From Pyrobaculum aerophilum str. IM2 (GTDB lineage: Archaea; Thermoproteota; Thermoprotei; Thermoproteales; Thermoproteaceae): 32,000 nucleotides of DNA. The stretch covers positions 2,070,001-2,102,000 of the forward strand of contig NC_003364.1 in assembly GCF_000007225.1 (NCBI RefSeq), in the 5' to 3' direction. Below the pieces are notes generated by a model that was not told where the DNA came from, ran no database searches, and saw only the letters and a list, made by a program, of their open reading frames with translations. Position 1 is the first letter of the stretch. The number at the start of each line of letters is the position of its first letter. The position numbers were made by a program, and so were the translations under genes. Shown one piece after another: positions 17,666 to 25,658 of the stretch.

Positions 17666-18189
17666 CGCCTCCTTTTCACACTCTGGATAAATTTATATAC
17701 CGTTCCGTGCTTCTTACCTTCAATTATCATCTCGACGGCTCTCTTTGCTATCTCCACGTCGTCTAGTTTTCCTAATAGCGCCACGTAATTGTCTCCAACC
17801 ACCATAGACACCTCTGCTAGGTTTTCAATTGTCCTTTTCGCCCTCCCCTCCTCGCCGATTATCCTCCCCTTAATTCTCCTCAAGTGATTCGGCTTGTCAG
17901 TATACTCCTTTAACTCTATCACCGCCAGCGTATATTCATCGTTTTCTAACATGAGGGCCTTCTCCGGGTCGAACCCTAGGGCGATGGCCCGCGCCATATC
18001 TCTTATTTTTAATATAGAGTCCACTGTGGCCTCGGGGCCTGGGGTTATCTTAATGTACAGCTGTTTTTCGTCCAGCTCCACTCTATGTCCATATTTTCCG
18101 TCTACTAACTTGACGAACTCCCTCGCGGCTCTCAGTCTCTTCTTGTCAATTGGCTCGTAGATTATCCCCCTTAGATACTCCGACGCCAC
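17662..18189 (-). CDS. KH-domain RNA-binding protein (archaeal Dim2/Pno1-like)
   Basis: KH GXXG motif (GRIIGEEGRAKRTIENL) and a two-KH layout. It is divergent from a RIO kinase gene, an arrangement common in archaea. Confidence 0.8.
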   Translation of the reverse strand: MASEYLRGIIYEPIDKKRLRAAREFVKLVDGKYGHRVELDEKQLYIKITPGPEATVDSILKIRDMARAIALGFDPEKALMLENDEYTLAVIELKEYTDKPNHLRRIKGRIIGEEGRAKRTIENLAEVSMVVGDNYVALLGKLDDVEIAKRAVEMIIEGKKHGTVYKFIQSVKRRR

Positions 18190-18207
18190 AGAATAATTGG
18201 AGTAAGG

Positions 18208-18215
18208 ATATAAAA
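18208..18215. promoter_or_regulatory. Shared TATA-like box between the divergent KH-protein and rio1 genes
   Basis: atataaaa lies 19-26 nt from both start 18189 (minus strand) and GTG 18234 (plus strand). Confidence 0.45.
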
Positions 18216-18233
18216 CCGTTTGCTAGAAAACTC

Positions 18234-19034
18234 GTGGGGTGCGTGAGGAGCGAGAAAGACAGCGACTACTACAAAGTGGTAGATGACGCTATAAACTCCT
18301 ACGCCTGGGCCGCCGTGGTTAAATTACAAGAGAGGAGAGTCATAACAGACGTTCTGGGGCCTATAGGCCAGGGAAAGGAAGCGAAAATTATATTAGCAAG
18401 GGGAGCTGACGGCAGATACGCGGTATTGAAAATATTCTACCCAGTCCCAGTCCGATTTAAGAGGAGATCTCCCTATATATTGGGAGATCCCCGATTTAGA
18501 AATCTGAAAATAAGCGACCAGCTCCATTTGGTGGAAGTTTGGTGCAGGAAGGAGTTCGGCAATCTCTCCAGGGCTTATGAGGCAGGGGTTAGGGTGCCAA
18601 GGCCTCTGGGGTTTTATAGAAACGTCTTGGCCATGGAATTCATAGGCGTTGACCGCAACCCAGCCCCCCTACTCGCGGAGGTTGGCTTGGAAAACATAGA
18701 GGATCCCTACGGCCTTTTCTACGACATTCTGAAAAATTTAGAAAAGACATACGTGCTGGCGGGGCTTGTCCACGGAGATCTCAGCCCCTTTAATATCCTA
18801 TATGATGGCCAAAACCCCTGGATAATTGACTGGGGCTCTGCTGTGAGGCGGGGCCATCCAAAGGAGTTTGAATACTTGAGGAGAGACGTGGAGAGAGTCC
18901 TCGAGTTCTTCGGATATCCGCTTGACGCTGAGGCGCTTTTTAAAAAGCTTGTGGAGAGGGGGGCTTGGCGGGGCAGAGTTGAGGTGGATGAAGAGGGGTG
19001 GTTATTAATAGGGGGCAAGAGAATTATAGACTAG
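18234..19034 (+). CDS. rio1: RIO-type serine protein kinase (Rio1-like)
   Basis: GQGKEAKI (STGKEA-like ATP loop), LVHGDLSPFNILY, IDWGSAV. The short N-terminal region has no Rio2 winged helix. The ORF track starts at 18150 and overlaps the KH gene. The in-frame GTG at 18234 lies about 23 nt downstream of atataaaa (18208-18215). Confidence 0.85.
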   Translation: MGCVRSEKDSDYYKVVDDAINSYAWAAVVKLQERRVITDVLGPIGQGKEAKIILARGADGRYAVLKIFYPVPVRFKRRSPYILGDPRFRNLKISDQLHLVEVWCRKEFGNLSRAYEAGVRVPRPLGFYRNVLAMEFIGVDRNPAPLLAEVGLENIEDPYGLFYDILKNLEKTYVLAGLVHGDLSPFNILYDGQNPWIIDWGSAVRRGHPKEFEYLRRDVERVLEFFGYPLDAEALFKKLVERGAWRGRVEVDEEGWLLIGGKRIID

Positions 19035-19550
19035 GGCTCCCCTGCGGAAAGCCTCTCTATTCCGCTCGTCTAGGCTCGGGGGCATGGGCAGGCCGGCCAG
19101 CTGGGAGAAGAAGCCCAACATAACAGCGTTTTCGTAGAGAGGAGAGCCCAGTTCTATTGCTATGTCAAAACAAGGTACAATGTAGCTCTTCAAGCCGGAT
19201 GTCAAAATTGCTTTGAATACCTCCTCCTCTTCCAACCAGTTTCCCGGCGGCTGAATTACCCGCCTATTTACAATTAACTCGCCGCCTCTTTTTAAATACT
19301 TATAGGCGCGTAACGCCTCCAGGGCCTCCAGCGCTATTACATAGTCGGCGCCGCCCTCCTCTACTATGGGGGCGTATATATCCTTTCCGTACCTCACGTG
19401 GACCTCTACAGAGCCCCCGCGCTGGCTCATTCCATGTACTTCTGCGATCCTCACGTCGTATCCCTCCGCCAGAGCTGCCTCGCCTATCCACCTGGCCAGA
19501 GTTAAAACTCCCTGCCCTCCTACGCCGACAATAACTAGGCTTGTCGCCAT
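19005..19550 (-). CDS. iorB: Indolepyruvate:ferredoxin oxidoreductase beta subunit
   Basis: IVGVGGQGVLTLARWIGEAALAEGYDVRIAEVHGMSQRGGSV is the typical IorB / OFOR gamma-like N-terminus. It overlaps the 3' end of iorA by 16 nt. Confidence 0.85.
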   Translation of the reverse strand: MATSLVIVGVGGQGVLTLARWIGEAALAEGYDVRIAEVHGMSQRGGSVEVHVRYGKDIYAPIVEEGGADYVIALEALEALRAYKYLKRGGELIVNRRVIQPPGNWLEEEEVFKAILTSGLKSYIVPCFDIAIELGSPLYENAVMLGFFSQLAGLPMPPSLDERNREAFRRGALVYNSLAPY

Positions 19551-20743
19551 AATTCAAGCCATGCCTCTCTCTTCCCCTCTGGCTTAAAGGCGTTAAAGGG
19601 ACACACCTCTGCGCAGATGCCGCATCCAACGCACAGAGCCGGGTCTACATGAGCCTTTCTATCAGGCCTCTTGTAAATAGCGCTACACTTCAACAAATTA
19701 TAACACAAGCCGCATCCTGTGCATTTATTTACATCCACTTGGTACTTCGGCAATTGTATGCCCGCCCTCCTCGCCTTTCTCACGCCTATTAACGCACAAG
19801 GCCTCCGGGACACAACTACCGCGGGCCTTCCGCTTTTCACAATTTCAACAGCCTTTTTAATAATTTCGACGCTTTTTTTAACATCAATTGGGTCAATTAC
19901 AAATGTAGATATTCCAAAGGCCTCTGTTATTCTCTCCGCTGGGATAGCCCTGCTGGGGCTCGGCTGGCCGCCTGTCATTGCAGTATAGGCGTTGTCCATA
20001 ACCACTATTAAAATCGGCACTGACCTTGTCGCAATATCCACAAGTTGCGGCAAAACCGCGTGGTAAAAGGTGGAGTCCCCCACAGTGGCCACTACAAATT
20101 GCCCAGTCGCCAAGGCAATGCCCGCGCCTAGGCCTACTGAGGAGCCCATGTGCGTAATTAAGTCTTGTTGCCCCGTATTTATCCCGAGGGAGTAACACCC
20201 AATGTCACCAGACCACACGGGGTTCAGCCCCGCGGTGGCCAGTCTCAATATGTAAAACGTGGCCATGTGAGGACAGCCGGGGCACAGCACAGGGGGCCTG
20301 GGAGGCGGCTCCAAGGGCGGCTTTAGAGGGGTTGGCGGGGCGTAGGACAGGCCTAAGGCCTTAGCTAAGCCTAAAGCTGTTTTATTAATATCAAGCTCGC
20401 CGTGTTTTGGAAAGTAGCCGTCGATTTTACCCCTAGTGTTAATCCCCAAGGCCCTCAGCTGTATTTCAACTACGGGATCGCCCTCCTCAACGACAACTAC
20501 CTCCCCGCCCCTGGCTATTTCCCTCACCTTTGGAGGCACCGGAACGGATATGCCCAGTTTCACCACAGTAGCTCTGATATTAAGACGGCGCACTGCCTCT
20601 TTGACATAGTTATACGCTACTCCCGATGTTACTATAACAACATCGCCTGAGCCCTCTATTTGTAAGAAATCGGAAGATAACTTCTCTAATTCACGCCATT
20701 TATCCACTAGCGCTATTTTGCGCTGTCTGGCATTCCCGGGCAC
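19535..20743 (-). CDS. iorA: Indolepyruvate:ferredoxin oxidoreductase alpha subunit, C-terminal part (TPP-binding plus 2x[4Fe-4S]); the frame stays open upstream to about 20863
   Basis: CPGCPH, GDSTFYH, and two ferredoxin motifs (CTGCGLCYNLLKC, CVGCGICAEVCP). It begins at GTG only because of a frame change relative to the N-terminal part (see findings). Confidence 0.8.
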   Translation of the reverse strand: MPGNARQRKIALVDKWRELEKLSSDFLQIEGSGDVVIVTSGVAYNYVKEAVRRLNIRATVVKLGISVPVPPKVREIARGGEVVVVEEGDPVVEIQLRALGINTRGKIDGYFPKHGELDINKTALGLAKALGLSYAPPTPLKPPLEPPPRPPVLCPGCPHMATFYILRLATAGLNPVWSGDIGCYSLGINTGQQDLITHMGSSVGLGAGIALATGQFVVATVGDSTFYHAVLPQLVDIATRSVPILIVVMDNAYTAMTGGQPSPSRAIPAERITEAFGISTFVIDPIDVKKSVEIIKKAVEIVKSGRPAVVVSRRPCALIGVRKARRAGIQLPKYQVDVNKCTGCGLCYNLLKCSAIYKRPDRKAHVDPALCVGCGICAEVCPFNAFKPEGKREAWLELWRQA

Positions 20744-21315
20744 TAAATTAAACCTCTTAATATCTCGCGTGAAACGGCCCCACTTCGGGGGGCGGGGGGC
20801 TCTACCTCCACCGGGGCCCTCACGTGGCTCACACGGGTTACTGTCCTGAGCATAAATGGGTGTTTAAACTTTTCACTCATATCAAATCCAAGCTTTACAT
20901 ATCTATATGCCTCAGAGGGATCGGACGGCTCTAAAACTGGCACATATGCTTGTAAGCCATACCACCTGGTGTCTTGCTCATTTTGAGAAGAGTGCATCCA
21001 CGGGTCGTCGGCTGTGACAATTATAAAGCCGCCCTCCACTCCAGTATACGCAGCGCTGTGTAGAGGATCCGCGGCGACGTTTAACCCCACGTGTTTCATT
21101 GCCGTCAAAGCCCTTGCCCCCGCCAGCGCCGCCCCGTAGGCCAGTTCAAACGCCACTTTCTCATTAGAAGCCCAGTGTACTACTCTGTCTTTAAACTCTA
21201 TGAGCGTTTCTAAAATCTCAGTAGATGGCGTTCCAGGGTACGCAGTGGCCAAGGCCACTCCACTTGAAAGAGCGCCGTATGCAATGGCCTCATTCCCCAG
21301 CAACAACAACTTCAC
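20743..21315 (-). CDS. iorA: Indolepyruvate:ferredoxin oxidoreductase alpha subunit, N-terminal part (pyrimidine-binding domain), ending prematurely after a frameshift
   Basis: [36 protein letters not shown] is the canonical IorA N-terminus. The 190-aa ORF ends in an out-of-frame tail ([13 protein letters not shown]) after the G6-C-G6 tract at 20787-20799. Confidence 0.8.
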   Translation of the reverse strand: MKLLLLGNEAIAYGALSSGVALATAYPGTPSTEILETLIEFKDRVVHWASNEKVAFELAYGAALAGARALTAMKHVGLNVAADPLHSAAYTGVEGGFIIVTADDPWMHSSQNEQDTRWYGLQAYVPVLEPSDPSEAYRYVKLGFDMSEKFKHPFMLRTVTRVSHVRAPVEVEPPAPRSGAVSREILRGLI

Positions 21316-21398
21316 AGATATTTACTACTATATATATTATAAAGTTTTCTATAGTCGTAAGACGTTACACTTAAATACCAGTAAATGAGATACTCGGA

Positions 21399-21668
21399 AT
21401 GCGCTTCTGCCCAAGAGACGGCACGTTAATGGTGCCGTATAAAAAAGACGGGGTCACTGTGTTGAAGTGCCCTAAATGTGGCTATGAAGTTAAGCTCTCT
21501 GAAAAGGTAAAAGAGGCATATAGGCAAAAGGCTGAAGTAGCTGAGGATAAGAAGAGGGGGGTTATGATAGCCGAGGAGAGGAGGGCTGAGTACGACCAGG
21601 AGGAAATGGAAGAGTTAAGGAGACAGCTCTTAGAAAATCTGCAAGAGACAGAGAGAGAAGGGGAGTAG
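21399..21668 (+). CDS. Zn-ribbon protein resembling the N-terminal ribbon of RpoM/TFS, with a charged K/E-rich tail
   Basis: MRFCPRDGTLMVPYKKDGVTVLKCPKCGYEV is one Cys4-type ribbon. There is no second (catalytic) ribbon. The ATG lies about 26 nt downstream of cttaaatac (about 21370-21378). Confidence 0.6.
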   Translation: MRFCPRDGTLMVPYKKDGVTVLKCPKCGYEVKLSEKVKEAYRQKAEVAEDKKRGVMIAEERRAEYDQEEMEELRRQLLENLQETEREGE

Positions 21669-21716
21669 TCAGCCTGGTTTAGGACTATTCACAGATCATA
21701 AGCCGTTTTTCATCAC
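21669..21716 (-). ncRNA. Candidate C/D box sRNA (weak)
   Basis: The minus strand reads GTGATGA-aaaacggcttat-gatc-tg-tgaatag-tcctaaaccagg-CTGA. It has a perfect C box and a perfect D box 48 nt apart in an intergenic spacer. The internal D'/C' boxes are poor. Confidence 0.25.
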
Positions 21717-21787
21717 AATGGCAAAAAACGCCGAAGTTTAAAAACAAAGCGCGTGAAGACATTTAAAGGCGTAGCATAGTGATTATA

Positions 21788-22249
21788 ATGGTTAGGTATC
21801 TAAAGGCCGAACTAGTCGGCCTTTTAGAAACAGTGGATTCCTACGGCCAAGTCGTGGGCATTATGTTAATCGGCGCGGAGGAATGGGGAGACAAGGCGGT
21901 GCCGATTATCATCGGCGCCGCTGAGACGCTGTCTATTAAAAAAGGGATGGGGGAAATCGACTTCCCCCGCCCCCTCAGCCACGACCTCTTTATAGACATT
22001 TTAGAAGCCCTCGGGGCCACGGTGGAAAAAGTGACAATTGACGCATTAGTGTCGAGCACGTACACGGCCACTGTATATATCAAAGACAAGGACGGAAAGA
22101 CGCACTCTTTTGACGCAAGGCCAAGCGACGCCGTTGCGCTGGCCGTCAGAGTAAACGCGCCTATTTTCATTGCCGATAACTTGGAGAAATACGCCGAGGA
22201 CTTGAGGAAATATATTCCGCCGCCGAGCGGCAAAGTCACTGAGGAATAG
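21788..22249 (+). CDS. Bifunctional nuclease domain protein (DUF151/BFN family)
   Basis: PIIIGAAETLSI, FPRPLSHDLFIDILEALG and DARPSDAVALAVRVNAPIF are DUF151 signature blocks. ATG 21788 lies about 24 nt downstream of catttaaag. The ORF track starts at GTG 21779. Confidence 0.8.
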   Translation: MVRYLKAELVGLLETVDSYGQVVGIMLIGAEEWGDKAVPIIIGAAETLSIKKGMGEIDFPRPLSHDLFIDILEALGATVEKVTIDALVSSTYTATVYIKDKDGKTHSFDARPSDAVALAVRVNAPIFIADNLEKYAEDLRKYIPPPSGKVTEE

Positions 22250-22481
22250 ACCTTTCAATTACTTGAAGAGCCCTGATAATCTCGTCGATAGTATTCTTCA
22301 GCGTCAGTAAATCCTCTGGCCTCTTAATTTTATATGTTATATGTATCTGCCATCTCCCCTCTACGCATTGGTGAGCTATTTCCATGCCCTCGGGGAGGTC
22401 GACGTCGTCTGGCTTAACCGCGTTAATATACTTGCAGTCAAACGGCGTCTCTATCTTACTTCTTAATTCTCTCATATTCAC
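22236..22481 (-). CDS. Hypothetical protein (81 aa)
   Basis: ORF track. It overlaps the upstream gene by 26 nt (same strand, operon-like). No family recognised. Confidence 0.45.
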   Translation of the reverse strand: MNMRELRSKIETPFDCKYINAVKPDDVDLPEGMEIAHQCVEGRWQIHITYKIKRPEDLLTLKNTIDEIIRALQVIERSIPQ

Positions 22482-23499
22482 GCAGAAAGTCGGTATACTT
22501 GTTAGACTCTATATATGCGACTATATGGGTGGGGAATTCCAAGACTTGGCCAAGCTCTGCCAAGGCGCTGGCTACAGTTTTTAACTGCGCCTTTTCGCCG
22601 AAGGGCGGGATTAGGGCTATTACGTATCCTCTAGGCGCGTCGTATTTAAGCGCCACGTAGTTGGCGAGTTTCATATAGTATGACAAATATGGGGGGATTT
22701 TGTATATATAAAATGGATTTTGAACTGGTATAACATCCTCTTTAACCTTTTTTAAAATCATGTAAAAATTTTCCGCGAGGTTAGAGACATATACCTCAAC
22801 GCCCTTATCTATAAAATTGGCTAAGTCAGCCTCAAGCCTCTCGGCCACATCAGCCGCCTTAATCTCGGGGGAGTAATACCTAACGGCTTTGTCTAAAATA
22901 GCTGTGTGAAACCCCTCGCTTGCCACGGCGCCTAGCGCCCAGTCAAGCAACCTTATTTCGTCCTCCGGGACGGAGTCAAATTCGCGGCCAGTCACCCCGG
23001 GGATTATTGGTAGAGTGGAAAGTGGTAGCGCCTTGTTGGCGGGGAGTTCTCCCACAAAGGGGAACACAATGGCTAATTTCTCATCGCCCCTGTTCAATTC
23101 CCTGGGCGGGGGGCATTTATACTCACAGTAGTCTACGCTCCAAGAGTAATGCCCTATGAAAAGCGCCTTGTATACGTCTTCTTCAAGCGGCGACAGCGAG
23201 GTTATAATGTGGGCAACTATATGGCTCATTGACGTAAAATCGGAAGTATATACCTTGTCGTCTAGCCCAATACCTCTCTCCGTAATGTATAAGCCTTCGC
23301 ATTTAAAGCCGATGCAGATCCCCACTTGTGGAGGCCAGTCTACCACTGCCACTTGGGCTGTTTCCCCCAACGACGCCGCTAGGGAATACGCGGCGAGATA
23401 GGCGTCTACGCTTCTCCGGGCGTAAATATAGAGGGGGTTCTGTTTTAAGTATTCAAGTATCCTGTCAATATTGTCAATGATAAAATTCTTGATATCCAC
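22456..23499 (-). CDS. Hypothetical protein; possible catalytically inactive DHH/RecJ-like (Cdc45/RecJdbh-like) protein
   Basis: 347-aa ORF immediately downstream of rps15, with its own A/T box (about 23514-23528). Segments sit where DHH motifs I-IV would be, but the Asp/His residues are replaced: YARRSVDAYLAAYSLAASL, VAVVDWPP, SHIVAHII, ALFIGHYSWSVDY. The functional call is tentative. Confidence 0.6.
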   Translation of the reverse strand: MDIKNFIIDNIDRILEYLKQNPLYIYARRSVDAYLAAYSLAASLGETAQVAVVDWPPQVGICIGFKCEGLYITERGIGLDDKVYTSDFTSMSHIVAHIITSLSPLEEDVYKALFIGHYSWSVDYCEYKCPPPRELNRGDEKLAIVFPFVGELPANKALPLSTLPIIPGVTGREFDSVPEDEIRLLDWALGAVASEGFHTAILDKAVRYYSPEIKAADVAERLEADLANFIDKGVEVYVSNLAENFYMILKKVKEDVIPVQNPFYIYKIPPYLSYYMKLANYVALKYDAPRGYVIALIPPFGEKAQLKTVASALAELGQVLEFPTHIVAYIESNKYTDFLREYERIKK

Positions 23500-23527
23500 G
23501 TGGGTAAACTCCTGTAATTTATAAAGC

Positions 23528-23983
23528 CTAGGTCGCTAAGTGCGACAATGCTTGTGGATTATACACGAAATCCGGCGGCAGTTTCCCAACTCTTTTGTAA
23601 TACTTGACTAGGCGGTGTATTTTAGACTCCACCAGTTGCAACCCCCTCCTAGACGCCATGTCCTTTGGGTGTTCTTCTAAGTGTTTACGAATTCTCAAAG
23701 CCCTCCTGATGAGATTTAATAAGTCCTCTGGAAGCTCGTATTTAATGCCGTGTTCTTCAAGTATTTTAGTAAGCTTCTTGCCAGTAATTGGCCTCACTAG
23801 AGGAATGCCGTACTGATCCCTAAGGATAAGCCCGATTTGAGATGGTTGGAACCCGCGCCTTGCCAGCTCTACGACTAACTGCTCCACCTCCTCAGGCGTG
23901 TACTGTATCCAAGTGGGCACTGTGGGATGTGCTGGCCTTACAGAGCGCGACCTGCCCTTCTTATCGCGCGACCTATGGGGCAC
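23528..23983 (-). CDS. rps15: 30S ribosomal protein S15 (uS15; S15P/S13e)
   Basis: ...[36 protein letters not shown]...[30 protein letters not shown] is unmistakably S15P/S13e. Confidence 0.92.
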   Translation of the reverse strand: MPHRSRDKKGRSRSVRPAHPTVPTWIQYTPEEVEQLVVELARRGFQPSQIGLILRDQYGIPLVRPITGKKLTKILEEHGIKYELPEDLLNLIRRALRIRKHLEEHPKDMASRRGLQLVESKIHRLVKYYKRVGKLPPDFVYNPQALSHLAT

Positions 23984-24050
23984 GGCGTTATTATTTCACA
24001 CGGTATATAAGTTTTACCAGAGGTTATATAAAGAGGGAGTAGTTTTGAAC

Positions 24051-24782
24051 GTGGCCGAACCGCCTCCCTGGCTGTGGGACTTGCCTCTGATAAATATTTA
24101 TAACACAGACGTTATTGGCTTTATGTACGACGTGCCCTTCGTGGCGACCCCCGAGGTGGTTGTTAGAAGGATGTTGCAACTCGCCAGGGTCCAGCCTGGG
24201 GAAGTGTTATACGACCTAGGGTCTGGGGATGGGAGAATTGTCATTATAGCCGCTAAAGAGTTCGGCGCCAGAGCCTTCGGCGTTGAGATCAGAAAAGACT
24301 TATTTGAGCAGTCCATGGCCAGGATTAAAGACATGGGCCTGGCCGACAGGGCCACTATTATAAACGCCAGTTTTTACGAGGTGCCTCTCACAGACGCCGA
24401 CGTGGTGACTATGTATTTATTGACGAGCGTAAACGAGAGGCTCAGGCCCAAGCTGGAAAAAGAGCTGAGACCAGCGGCGCGAGTGGTAACACACGACTTT
24501 GAAGTGCCGGGGTGGAGGCCAGCCGTGGTGGAGGAAGTGTATGAAGACTGGCGGTCTCACAAAATTTATTTGTACAAAATGCCGGGGAAGGAAATCCCCG
24601 TTCCTGGCAAGTCTATCCCGGTGAATGACAAGTGGCTTAGACAAGTGGTTGAGCTAATCGACGGTGTGAGATCTCTAGAGGATATCGCGGGGAAGCTCGG
24701 CGTTCCGATTAGAAAAGTTAGGGAGGCGGTAGAGGAGTTAAAAAAACTAGGCGTTGTGGATGAGATCAAGGTCGTTAGATGA
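24051..24782 (+). CDS. Class-I SAM-dependent methyltransferase (possibly crenarchaeal protein-lysine MTase aKMT-like) with a C-terminal winged-helix-like extension
   Basis: VPFVATPEVVVRRMLQLARVQPGEVLYDLGSGDGRIVIIAAKEFGARAFGVEI contains motif I (DLGSGDG). The tail ...LRQVVELIDGVRSLEDIAGKLGVPIRKVREAVEELKKLGVV looks like a wHTH. The ORF track starts at 23898 inside rps15. GTG 24051 (or TTG 24045) follows ttatataaa at 24024-24032. Confidence 0.8.
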   Translation: MAEPPPWLWDLPLINIYNTDVIGFMYDVPFVATPEVVVRRMLQLARVQPGEVLYDLGSGDGRIVIIAAKEFGARAFGVEIRKDLFEQSMARIKDMGLADRATIINASFYEVPLTDADVVTMYLLTSVNERLRPKLEKELRPAARVVTHDFEVPGWRPAVVEEVYEDWRSHKIYLYKMPGKEIPVPGKSIPVNDKWLRQVVELIDGVRSLEDIAGKLGVPIRKVREAVEELKKLGVVDEIKVVR

Positions 24783-25657
24783 GGGAAATTATAGAGTTGT
24801 ACCGCAAAGTCGGCGGTTTTCAAGCGCTACACGTCGCTGAGGCTTACGACGTTCTAAAAGAGGCAGTTGAAGCGGCAGATGTGCGTTTTCTGTCCTTCAC
24901 GGGGAATTTAGTCGCCACTGGGTTAAGGGAGTTTATAGCTGATGCTATACGCAGAAGGCTTTTTAACGTAGTGGTGACGACCGCTGGGGCTTTAGATCAC
25001 GATATTGCAAAGAGCATGGGGGCTGTATACGCCCCTGGCTCTTTTGATTTAGACGATGTTGATTTAGCCGCGAAGGGCTACCACAGGCTTGGGAATGTGG
25101 TGATTAAGAAAGAGGAGTACGGCCCCTTGGTGGAAAAATTTATTCTAGCGCACTGTGAGAAACTGTGGGGAAAGACGCTGGCCACATATGAACTGGCATA
25201 TTTATTAGGGGCGGAGTTGCCAGAGGACTCTATCCTCGGCGCGGCAGCGAGGGCAGGGGCAAAGGTCTTTGTGCCGGGTATTGTCGACGGGGCCGTGGGG
25301 ACAGCCCTTATGACTTGTAACGACTTGGCGAGGACTAAAAGAGGAGGATCTAGGGCTTTTATAGACGTGTTAAAAGACGAAGAGGAGCTGAGGGAAATAG
25401 TACACAACAGTAAGAAATTAGCAGCTTTAATTGTGGGAGGCGGCATTAGTAAACACCACGTAATTTGGTGGGCCCAGTTTAAGGGGGGACTCGATTACGT
25501 TGTCTATATATCAACCGCAGTGGAATACGACGGCTCGTTAAGCGGCGCCCGGCCCAGGGAGGCCATTAGCTGGGGGAAAGTTAAACCATCAGCGAAATCT
25601 GTCTTCATCTTTGCAGATGCCACGTTAGTGCTTCCAGTGCTTCTCAAAGCCCTTTGA
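24779..25657 (+). CDS. dys: Deoxyhypusine synthase
   Basis: VVTTAGALDHD, GGGISKHH and EAISWGK (catalytic-Lys region) are DHS signatures. Its ATG overlaps the preceding stop (ATGA). Confidence 0.92.
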   Translation: MREIIELYRKVGGFQALHVAEAYDVLKEAVEAADVRFLSFTGNLVATGLREFIADAIRRRLFNVVVTTAGALDHDIAKSMGAVYAPGSFDLDDVDLAAKGYHRLGNVVIKKEEYGPLVEKFILAHCEKLWGKTLATYELAYLLGAELPEDSILGAAARAGAKVFVPGIVDGAVGTALMTCNDLARTKRGGSRAFIDVLKDEEELREIVHNSKKLAALIVGGGISKHHVIWWAQFKGGLDYVVYISTAVEYDGSLSGARPREAISWGKVKPSAKSVFIFADATLVLPVLLKAL

Positions 25658-25658
25658 C

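Noticed and set aside
20741-20745. The TAGTG stop/start overlap between the two iorA ORFs, considered as evidence for a natural two-subunit split.
   Set aside because: The same TAGTG overlap does occur at a genuine gene junction (15602-15606). Here, however, the second frame stays open for 120 nt upstream. It encodes a sensible continuation ([16 protein letters not shown]) that joins the first ORF across a homopolymer tract. A frameshift is therefore the simpler reading.
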